Shown piece after piece: positions 37,958-45,594 of a stretch of 64,000 nt of DNA. The stretch comes from Acholeplasmataceae bacterium. Lineage in GTDB: Bacteria; Bacillota_I; Bacilli_A; ML615J-28; CAG-698. The stretch lies in contig DUNF01000058.1 of the NCBI GenBank assembly GCA_012839485.1, positions 1,272 to 65,271 of the forward strand, written 5' to 3'. Positions within the stretch are counted from its first letter, which is position 1. Each line of letters starts with the position of its first letter. The notes beneath the pieces were generated by a model, which saw only the letters and a list, made by a program, of their open reading frames with translations, was not told the origin of the DNA and searched no databases. Made by a program: the position numbers and the translations under genes.

Positions 37958-40219
37958 ATGAAACTAAAAGATTTAAGTTTAAAACAAAAAGTTGGACAAA
38001 TGCTTATGTTTAGTTTTCATGGAACTAGTTATAATGAACAAGTAGATTATCTTTTAAATGAGTTAAAGCTTGGAGGCTTGATTTTATTTAAAAGAAACAT
38101 TACTTCTTTAAAGCAAGTAAGCAAATTAAATAGCGAGATTTCTCAAGATAAAAAGATTAGACCATTTATTGCTTTAGACCAAGAAGGTGGACCAGTTCAA
38201 AGAATTGAAAAAGGAATAACACCACTTCTTTCTGCGATGGGTTTTGCAGCTAATGGAAAGGATCCATATGAGTTATATAAAGGGGCAGGTAGGGACTTAA
38301 AACATTTAGGTTTTAGTATTAACTTTGCTCCCGTAGCAGATGTTAATAATAATCCTTATAATCCTGTAATTAACTCAAGGAGTTATTCTGATAATCCAAA
38401 ACTTGTTTCAAGGTATGTTTTAAGAGCAAGTCAAGGATTTAAAGATGCTAAGCTAATTGCAACTGTTAAACATTTTCCAGGTCATGGTGATACGAATGTA
38501 GATAGTCATTTAGGTTTACCAATTGTCAATAAGTCTTTAGAAGAAATTGAAAAAGTAGAACTTTATCCTTTTAAAGAAGCTATTGAAAATGGGGCTAATG
38601 GAATAATGATGTCGCATATTGTTTATCAATGTTTAGATAAAGATAATCCTGCTAGCCTATCTTATAACATTATTACTAAACTTCTTAAAGAAAAGTTAGG
38701 ATTTAAAGGACTAGTTGTCACTGATTCATTAACAATGAAAGCTATTTGGGATAACTATAGTATTAAAGAGATTATCAAGAAAGGAGTCTTAGCGGGAAAT
38801 GATATTTTATGTTTCTGCGGTAAGGCTGATTTAAATGAACAAAAAGAAATCTATAATACTTTTGTTAGTTTAGTGGAAGAAGGAGAAATTCCTCTTTCAA
38901 GAGTAGATGAAGCAGTTAAGAAGATTTTAGAATATAAAGAAATTTATTTGGAAAAAGATTTAGATTTTGAAAACAATTTAAGTGTTATTAAAAAGGAAGA
39001 AAAATCTAAACTAGCAGAAGAGTTTGCTTTAGAATCAATTACTTTAGTAAAAGATAAGGGGCTAGTTCCAATAAAAAAACAAGAAAAGATTTTTGCGATC
39101 TTTCCGGAAATTAAACTATTTAGTTTAGTTGATAACAAAGAAAATGATTATTTTACTTTACAAGATTTCTTAGATTGTAATGAAGTTGTAATAAATAAAG
39201 AATTTACTAATTATAAGTTAATTAAGGATGAGATTAAAAAAGCAGATAAAGTAATCTTTTGTACTTATAATGTAACTAAGGGGGATTATCAAACTAAAGT
39301 TTGGGAAGTTCTAGATCCAAATAAAACAATTGTAGTTAGCATGAGATCACCTTATGATATCTTACATTTAGAAAATGTTGAGAGTTATATTTGCTTATAT
39401 GAAGCAACTTTACTTTCTTTGAAAAGTTTAGTAAAATTAATATATAGTGGTAAGTTTAAAGGAAGCTTGCCGATTAAATTAGAAGGAGGAAATATGAAAA
39501 TTATTAGAGTTAAAGACTATGAAGAAATGAGTAAAAAGGCCGCTGAAATAATAGCTGATGTAGTTAAGAAAAACCCTGCAGCTAATTTAGGTTTAGCTAC
39601 TGGTTCAAGTCCTTTAGGTACTTATGAAAATCTAATTAAAAAGTATAAAGCTAAAGAGATTTCTTTTAAAGATATAAAGAGTTTTAATTTAGATGAATAT
39701 TGCCAGTTAGATAAGAATCATGAGCAAAGCTATTATTCTTATATGAATGAAAACTTATTTAAACACATTGATATTAAAAAAGCAAATACTCATTTACCTT
39801 CATCTGAAGGAGATGACTTAGAAGCTAACTGTAAAAAGTATAATGATTTATTAAAGAAAAATCCTGTTGATTTACAGTTATTAGGAATTGGTGGTAATGG
39901 CCATATTGGTTTTAATGAACCTGGAACTGCCTTTACTCAAGAAACATTTGTAGTTAAGTTAGCTGAGAAAACAAGAGAAGATAATAAGAGATTTTTTGCA
40001 TCAATTGATGAGGTTCCAAAGTATGCAATTACGATGGGAATTAAGAATATTATGGATGCGAAAGCAATTTTGATGGTAATTAGTGGAAAAGGAAAGCAAG
40101 ATGCAGTTAATAAACTTTTATCTAAGAAAGTATCTGAAGATTTTCCAGCAAGCATTTTACATAAGCATCCAAATGTTACGGTAATTATTGATGATGCTGC
40201 ATATGGAGATAATAAATGA
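37958..40219 (+). CDS. nagZ-nagB: Fusion: GH3 beta-N-acetylglucosaminidase (NagZ-like) plus glucosamine-6-phosphate deaminase (NagB)
   Basis: ATG at 37958 follows AAGGAGG. GH3 motifs: ALDQEGGPVQR, KHFPGHGDTNVDSHL, VVTDSL. From the in-frame ATG at 39494 there is a complete NagB (MKIIRVKDYEEMSKKAAE, GLATGSSPLGTY, GIGGNGHIGFNEPG). No stop codon between the two parts. Confidence 0.85.
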   Translation: MKLKDLSLKQKVGQMLMFSFHGTSYNEQVDYLLNELKLGGLILFKRNITSLKQVSKLNSEISQDKKIRPFIALDQEGGPVQRIEKGITPLLSAMGFAANGKDPYELYKGAGRDLKHLGFSINFAPVADVNNNPYNPVINSRSYSDNPKLVSRYVLRASQGFKDAKLIATVKHFPGHGDTNVDSHLGLPIVNKSLEEIEKVELYPFKEAIENGANGIMMSHIVYQCLDKDNPASLSYNIITKLLKEKLGFKGLVVTDSLTMKAIWDNYSIKEIIKKGVLAGNDILCFCGKADLNEQKEIYNTFVSLVEEGEIPLSRVDEAVKKILEYKEIYLEKDLDFENNLSVIKKEEKSKLAEEFALESITLVKDKGLVPIKKQEKIFAIFPEIKLFSLVDNKENDYFTLQDFLDCNEVVINKEFTNYKLIKDEIKKADKVIFCTYNVTKGDYQTKVWEVLDPNKTIVVSMRSPYDILHLENVESYICLYEATLLSLKSLVKLIYSGKFKGSLPIKLEGGNMKIIRVKDYEEMSKKAAEIIADVVKKNPAANLGLATGSSPLGTYENLIKKYKAKEISFKDIKSFNLDEYCQLDKNHEQSYYSYMNENLFKHIDIKKANTHLPSSEGDDLEANCKKYNDLLKKNPVDLQLLGIGGNGHIGFNEPGTAFTQETFVVKLAEKTREDNKRFFASIDEVPKYAITMGIKNIMDAKAILMVISGKGKQDAVNKLLSKKVSEDFPASILHKHPNVTVIIDDAAYGDNK
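39483..39496 (+). promoter_or_regulatory. Internal Shine-Dalgarno plus ATG at the GH3/NagB junction
   Basis: AAGGAGG (39483-39489), 4 nt, ATG (39494), in frame inside the fusion ORF. Spacing is shorter than the 7-10 nt seen at other genes here. Confidence 0.5.
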
Positions 40220-41172
40220 TAGAGTATAAAAACTTTAAACAATTTAAAGATTACCATTTAATCCAAGAATTATGGAATGATGATTTACTTGGAATGTATC
40301 CAATTTCTGATTTTATCTTTAAGCAAAATGTTACAGAGAATAAATATGTTCTTAAAGAAAATTCTTTTGTAGCATTAGCTGGAGATGAAGTTGTTGGGTT
40401 TATTATTTCTAAAGAGTTTATGAATGATATGGTTAAAAGATATCATGATATTGGTTTTATTAGTTTATTTTATGTAAAGAGAAAATATCGTAAGCAAAAA
40501 ATTGCCACAACTCTTTTTGAAAAAGTAGAAGCTGGTTTTAAGAAATTGGGTAAAAAGACAATTTGGATTGGAAAAGATATCAATAATTTCTTTCCAGGAG
40601 TTCCAGTTGATTTCAATCATCTAACAACAGACTTTTTAGAAAAAATAGGTTATAACAATTTAGGGCCTACTCATGATATGGTATGTTACCATTACCAAAA
40701 AGATGTAATTGAACATTTTGAGAATATGGAAAAATATCAATATCGTTATTTTGAGAAAAAAGATTATAAAGCTACTAAAGCATTTTTTGAGAAGTGTTTT
40801 CCTGGAAGATGGGAATTTGAATTCCAAGATTATTATGAGACAGGAATATTTGGTAAAGATTATATAATTTGCTTAGATAAAGATCAAGTTGTTGGTTTTG
40901 TAAGATTAAGTGATACAAAAGTTCCAGTATTTCCTTACCATATTACTTGGTATCAAAAGTTCAATAATCTAGGTGCACTTGGGCCTTTAGGTGTTGATAG
41001 TGACCATAGAAGACAAAAAATTGGCAGTAATTTATTAAAAATTGCAATTAAAGACTTACATGATCGAGGATGTACAGAACTTTTAATTGATTGGACAGGA
41101 CTTTTAGACGTTTATAATCGTTTAGGATTTGAGGTTTGGAAGAGTTATACAACTTACGATAAAAAGATTTAA
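40216..41172 (+). CDS. Tandem-GNAT acetyltransferase (paralogous in layout to 19006-19983)
   Basis: Two GNAT cores (FYVKRKYRKQKIATTLFEKVE; GVDSDHRRQKIGSNLLKIAI...YNRLGF). Start overlaps the nagB stop by 4 nt. Confidence 0.65.
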   Translation: MIEYKNFKQFKDYHLIQELWNDDLLGMYPISDFIFKQNVTENKYVLKENSFVALAGDEVVGFIISKEFMNDMVKRYHDIGFISLFYVKRKYRKQKIATTLFEKVEAGFKKLGKKTIWIGKDINNFFPGVPVDFNHLTTDFLEKIGYNNLGPTHDMVCYHYQKDVIEHFENMEKYQYRYFEKKDYKATKAFFEKCFPGRWEFEFQDYYETGIFGKDYIICLDKDQVVGFVRLSDTKVPVFPYHITWYQKFNNLGALGPLGVDSDHRRQKIGSNLLKIAIKDLHDRGCTELLIDWTGLLDVYNRLGFEVWKSYTTYDKKI

Positions 41173-41198
41173 AACTAGATATCGTTTCCAAAAAACTC

Positions 41199-41227
41199 TT
41201 GATATTTCAGGTATTATTTAGTATAAT
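41199..41227 (+). promoter_or_regulatory. SigA promoter of the Big_2-SBP lipoprotein gene
   Basis: TTGATA, 17 nt, TATAAT. Confidence 0.65.
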
Positions 41228-41276
41228 AATAATGAGGTCGTAGGACTTAAAGCAAATCAAACAAGGAGGAAAAATC

Positions 41277-44200
41277 ATGAAAAAATGGTTATCATTGCTT
41301 TTAGTATTTGGTTTAAGCTTATTACTATTTGGATGTAGCCGTGATGACAAAGTTATCGAAGTTACATCAGTAGAACTTAAATCAAATGCCGAAGAATTAC
41401 AAGTAGGACAAACTTATCAAATTACTCCTACTGTAAAACCAGCCGATGCCACTGATAAAACAGTGACTTACGACAGTAATAATAAAGCAGTTGCTACTGT
41501 TAGTGCTAGTGGTTTAGTATCAGCAGTTGCAAAAGGAACCGCTGTTATTACCGTTAAAGCAGGTACAAAACAAGCAGAGCTTACTATTACTGTAGTACAG
41601 GAAGAAGAAGTACAATTAGTTATTACTGTTCCACAGGAAGCAGCAACAATTGTTGTTGGCGGAACTTACACAATTGGAGCACAAGTGAAAGATCAAACTG
41701 GAGCTCCAAAACCAGCAACATTAGCATACGCATCAAACAATAACGATGTTGCTACTGTAGACGATAGCGGAAAAGTTACTGGACATGCAGCAGGAACTGC
41801 AGTTATTACAATCACATCTGGTGAACTTTCTAAGACTGTTACAATTACAGTTACAGCAGAAGAACCAAGTGAGCGTGCAATCGCAGGTGTTCCTGAGGAA
41901 GATCCAGAAAACAATGTATACATCTTTATTGGAAGAACATTTACTGCTACTGTAGCAAACTTAAGAGAAGGTGAAACAGTTGCTTGGAGCACTCAAGATA
42001 CTGAAGTTATCTCATTAAGCGATGAAGGTGCTGTAGAAGCTCTTGAAGCAGGTATTGCAACTATTCATGCAATTGTATCTGACGCAGAAGGAAATCAAGT
42101 AGCTGATTTAAGTGCAACTTTTGAAGTTATGGATGAATCAGTTCTACCATTATTCGTATCTGAACCAGGATACACATTAAAGAGAGAAGAAATTGCAGTT
42201 GATTATCAAGCTAACTACAAAACTAATAAAGTAGACGAAATTACTAAAGATGTAATTTACAAAGTTGAAGATATTACAGATCCTGAAAATCCAGTTGAAC
42301 TTGGACAAAACTATGAAGCTAACGAGCAAGAAATTCCAGCAGAAGATATCGCTGAAGTATTGACATTCGTTATCGCAGCAGATGGAACAAGTAAAACTGG
42401 TGTTAATAGAGGAAGATTAAGAGTTGTAGCGTTAAAGCCAGGTTTATTAAGAATCACAGCTAAAGTTGGCGACGAAACATCAGAGCCATTTGAATTAAGA
42501 TTAATTGATAGACCAATGCCAACTGAATTAGTAATTAGCGCACCAAACAATGACCCACAAATTGAAACTAAAGGCGGAAGCTTAAAATTATCAGCTTCAA
42601 GTAAACCAGCGTTCTCATATAGCACTGTTACTTGGTCATCAAATAATCCTTTAGTAGATGTTCGTGCAGATGGTACACTTATCTGCAACGGAACAGATGA
42701 TGATATTGGAACAGTTGTAACTATTACAGCTACATCAACTGTAGTTGAAGGTTTAACAGCTACAATTGATATTACAATAAAAGAAAAATATGTAGAAGTA
42801 ATTGAAACACCAGAACCAACAAGCATTACTATTAACGGTTATCCAGATGTTTTCATTGGTGAAACATATCAATTTACAGCTGACGTTGGACCAGCAGGTG
42901 CAAATCAAGCTGTAGTTTGGTCATCACAAAATGATGCTTATGCTACTGTTGATGAAAATGGTTTAGTAACTGTTCATGCAGCTGGCGAAGGAAAATCATT
43001 CTATATCATTGCACGTGCACCAAGTGTTGAAAACCCTGGTACATATGCAGTTACACAAAGATATCAAATTAGAGCTGCTAAGCCACCAATTGATCCAGAT
43101 CCAATTAACTTAAATGGATATCAAATTACAATTATGAACGCAGGCCATGCATTATTTGATCAAGATCCATTCTTACCACAATATGCAGGTGCTGATAAGA
43201 CTGCTAAACAAGCAGCTTGGCGTGAAGTTGAAGAAGCTTATAACTGTACAATTAAAGTTGTTGCTTATCCAGAAGAAGCTCCATGGGGACCAGCGAGAGT
43301 TCAATGGATTAACAACAATGCAAATAATACAAAAGGTGGAGCAGATTTCTATATCGTAACTACTACATGGTTAAATCAATTCTCTGCAAGTCAAGCATTA
43401 TTCCCAGTACAAGACTTATATATTCGTTTTGGAAAGAATAGTATGGACCCTGCATCAAGAGAAGCAGCTACATATAAAGGAAACTTATATGCTATGAGTG
43501 CTTCTACATATGGAGCTAACTATATTGACCGTGGTTTATTCTTCAACCTTAACTTACTAGAAGAAGTTGGAATGGAGAACCCTGCTCAAATGTTCATGAG
43601 CGATCGTTGGACACATAGTGATTTTGAACAATGGGTATTAGATGCACAAGTTGCAATCGGCCAAAAAGGTGAAGGTTATTATGCTATTTGCGGTAGACCA
43701 TTCTTCTACTGGGCAGGTATGATTAACGCAGCTGGTATTAAGATGGTTGACTCTGCAAGTGCTTCACTTAACGTTGATGGACCTATCCAAAGAAGTGTAG
43801 TTAACGTACTTAAGAGAATCTATATGAACCACCAAGCTTGGGATCCAACTCCTGGATATGATGGTCAAACTGAAGCATTCAGAACAGAAAAAGCAATTAT
43901 GGATGGCGGAGAAATGTGGTTTGTAAAGACTGACAACCGTTGGCCAATTGATATGTGGTCACCTAATGACTCATCTGGCACAAGATATGGATATGTTCCA
44001 TTCCCTTATCCAGATAATATGACAAAAGAACAAACTAAGGTTATTACTAAGGGTGGATCAATCTACGCTATGGTTAACCATATGACTCATAAACACGTAG
44101 CTGCAGGCTTAAACGATGATGCAGTAGCATATGAAGGTATTTACCGTGCTCTAAACGATGTATTTAGATGGACAGAAAGAAAACAAAAAGAAGCTGGAGA

Positions 44201-44462
44201 ATTAGTTGGAGAAACTGAATTAGACGTTAGACGTCAAAATGCTAGTTTAAGACTAGATGATCCATTCTCAATTGAATGTGTTCTATTCTATGACAAACGT
44301 AGAGTAATGTATGACCCATATGAAGAAGTAATCGGAATTTGGGCTACTCCATCAGCTGCAAGACCAGCTGAAGAAGGTATCCGTCAAGGAGCAGACTACT
44401 CAGCAGTTGTAGCAGAATGTATGCCAGCATGGCAACAAAAGGTTATCGCACAATTCGGATAG
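41277..44462 (+). CDS. Lipoprotein with at least 5 Big_2 (bacterial Ig-like group 2) domains and a C-terminal solute-binding-protein-like domain
   Basis: Lipobox LLLFGC. Repeated Big_2 pattern (VGQTYQITPTVKPADATDKTVTYDSNNKAVATVSASGLVSAVAKGTAVITV and four more). The last ~460 aa look like a sugar SBP (ADFYIVTTTWLNQF, SDRWTHSDFEQWV). SD AAGGAGG. Confidence 0.65.
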   Translation: MKKWLSLLLVFGLSLLLFGCSRDDKVIEVTSVELKSNAEELQVGQTYQITPTVKPADATDKTVTYDSNNKAVATVSASGLVSAVAKGTAVITVKAGTKQAELTITVVQEEEVQLVITVPQEAATIVVGGTYTIGAQVKDQTGAPKPATLAYASNNNDVATVDDSGKVTGHAAGTAVITITSGELSKTVTITVTAEEPSERAIAGVPEEDPENNVYIFIGRTFTATVANLREGETVAWSTQDTEVISLSDEGAVEALEAGIATIHAIVSDAEGNQVADLSATFEVMDESVLPLFVSEPGYTLKREEIAVDYQANYKTNKVDEITKDVIYKVEDITDPENPVELGQNYEANEQEIPAEDIAEVLTFVIAADGTSKTGVNRGRLRVVALKPGLLRITAKVGDETSEPFELRLIDRPMPTELVISAPNNDPQIETKGGSLKLSASSKPAFSYSTVTWSSNNPLVDVRADGTLICNGTDDDIGTVVTITATSTVVEGLTATIDITIKEKYVEVIETPEPTSITINGYPDVFIGETYQFTADVGPAGANQAVVWSSQNDAYATVDENGLVTVHAAGEGKSFYIIARAPSVENPGTYAVTQRYQIRAAKPPIDPDPINLNGYQITIMNAGHALFDQDPFLPQYAGADKTAKQAAWREVEEAYNCTIKVVAYPEEAPWGPARVQWINNNANNTKGGADFYIVTTTWLNQFSASQALFPVQDLYIRFGKNSMDPASREAATYKGNLYAMSASTYGANYIDRGLFFNLNLLEEVGMENPAQMFMSDRWTHSDFEQWVLDAQVAIGQKGEGYYAICGRPFFYWAGMINAAGIKMVDSASASLNVDGPIQRSVVNVLKRIYMNHQAWDPTPGYDGQTEAFRTEKAIMDGGEMWFVKTDNRWPIDMWSPNDSSGTRYGYVPFPYPDNMTKEQTKVITKGGSIYAMVNHMTHKHVAAGLNDDAVAYEGIYRALNDVFRWTERKQKEAGELVGETELDVRRQNASLRLDDPFSIECVLFYDKRRVMYDPYEEVIGIWATPSAARPAEEGIRQGADYSAVVAECMPAWQQKVIAQFG

Positions 44463-44480
44463 AATTTAAAGATATAAACA

Positions 44481-44510
44481 AAACCACATGATTTTATCGT
44501 GTGGTTTTTT
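44481..44510 (+). terminator. Rho-independent terminator
   Basis: AAACCACATG-attttat-CGTGTGGTTT followed by TTTTT. Confidence 0.8.
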
Positions 44511-44522
44511 ATTTCTCTTTTA

Positions 44523-44551
44523 TTGTTATTTGACCTTAGATATGGTATAAT
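44523..44551 (+). promoter_or_regulatory. SigA promoter (extended -10) ahead of the DUF624-like gene and the MurNAc operon
   Basis: TTGTTA, 17 nt (incl. TGg), TATAAT (extended -10). Confidence 0.55.
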
Positions 44552-44574
44552 ATAAAGAGTTTAAGGAGTTAATT

Positions 44575-45375
44575 ATGGATGTAGAAAAGTATGTCAATAG
44601 TAAAGCTTTTATCTTTTTTGAGTGGACATATCGTTTAATAATAATGAATTTATTGAATCTTTCAATAATTATAACTATGAGTTTTGGTTTTTGGGTGCTA
44701 TTTATTGCCATTCAAAAAATGACTTATTTTTATCTAGCAATTCTACTAACGCTTTTGGGCTTAATTATTACTTCAATTGCTAGTTTTAAAACGATTAAAG
44801 ACTTAAGTGGGTACCGAAGGAGTGGTTTGTATAAAACCTATTTTTCCAATCTTTGGTTTAGTTTTAAAGATCTTTGGTTTATAGAACTGCTTATTGTAAT
44901 TATTTATGCCTTTCTATTAGGATCATCATTAACATATAGTTTGATTTTAAATCACGAAGATTTTACTTATGATTTTATAGGGATAGTTTATACCGTAGGT
45001 TACTGGCTTGATTGGATTTTATTATTTTTCTTAACTCAAGCTGTGATTTCGTTTTGGGCTGTCTATAGTCATTTTCAAATGACAAAGTGGAATTATATTA
45101 AAGCTAGTTTTTATATGTCTTTTAAGTTATTTTTACCAACATTGTTAGCGGGTATTTTCTTCTTTTTAACACCAGTTTTAATAATTGTTTTAGGTTTAAT
45201 TCTTAGTCCAATGTTATCATTGTTGCTTATTTCATTTTTTAGTTTATTTGGAATTACCTTGCCTCAGTATTTATACTTTAGAATGATAAAAGGCAAATAC
45301 GCATATCTTACAAAAAACCCTGATGATATTCAGGATTTCGATAAATATGAATTAGAAAAGGAGAATGAAATTTAA
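44575..45375 (+). CDS. Polytopic membrane protein, YesL/DUF624-like
   Basis: 266 aa with 6 hydrophobic spans. The N-terminal FFEWTYRLIIMNLLNL pattern and a location next to sugar-transport genes resemble DUF624 proteins. Tentative. Confidence 0.45.
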   Translation: MDVEKYVNSKAFIFFEWTYRLIIMNLLNLSIIITMSFGFWVLFIAIQKMTYFYLAILLTLLGLIITSIASFKTIKDLSGYRRSGLYKTYFSNLWFSFKDLWFIELLIVIIYAFLLGSSLTYSLILNHEDFTYDFIGIVYTVGYWLDWILLFFLTQAVISFWAVYSHFQMTKWNYIKASFYMSFKLFLPTLLAGIFFFLTPVLIIVLGLILSPMLSLLLISFFSLFGITLPQYLYFRMIKGKYAYLTKNPDDIQDFDKYELEKENEI

Positions 45376-45455
45376 ATTAGGAATTGATTGTATTGATGAA
45401 CACTTAGATTTGTTTAAATGAAAAGACTAATTTAGTTGCTTTATTTAGTCCTGAG
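45365..45455 (+). pseudogene. Decayed duplicate of the namZ (DUF1343) 5' end
   Basis: 45365-45415 matches 46174-46224 at 46/51 nt, and 45417-45455 matches 46300-46338 at 37/39 nt. The intervening 75 nt of the intact gene are missing. The remnant reads MKFKLGIDCIDEHLDLFK, then TGA. Its ATG sits behind AAGGAG in the 3' end of the upstream gene. Confidence 0.8.
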
Positions 45456-45594
45456 TATTTAGATAATGAAGGAAATGTAGTTAAACATTCGCTAAGAGAT
45501 AAGATAGTTAGTTATGAAGTAAAAGCTGCTATCAAGGACAATCAAAAACATATAAATATCAAACAAAAATCAAAAAGTTATTAGAGGTGGAAGT

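Noticed and set aside
41177-41190. cre-like (CcpA) site AGATATCGTTTCCA upstream of the Big_2-SBP promoter
   Set aside because: It has two mismatches to the core TGNAANCGNTNNCA, including the first T. It lies upstream of the -35 box rather than overlapping the promoter or leader. Too weak to call.
41693-42826. Long - strand ORFs (41693-41992, 42311-42826) antisense to the Big_2-SBP gene
   Set aside because: They lie entirely inside a well-supported + strand gene with lipobox, SD and domain repeats. Their translations are low-complexity (Ser/Thr/Val/Ala runs) with no start context. They are expected by chance in the GC-richer, stop-poor antisense frame.
45456-45594. Possible coding continuation or separate small gene after the namZ remnant
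   Set aside because: All three + strand frames contain stops within short distances, there is no similarity to the live namZ beyond 45455, and no SD-ATG pair. It is treated as degraded or spacer DNA upstream of the real start at 45595.
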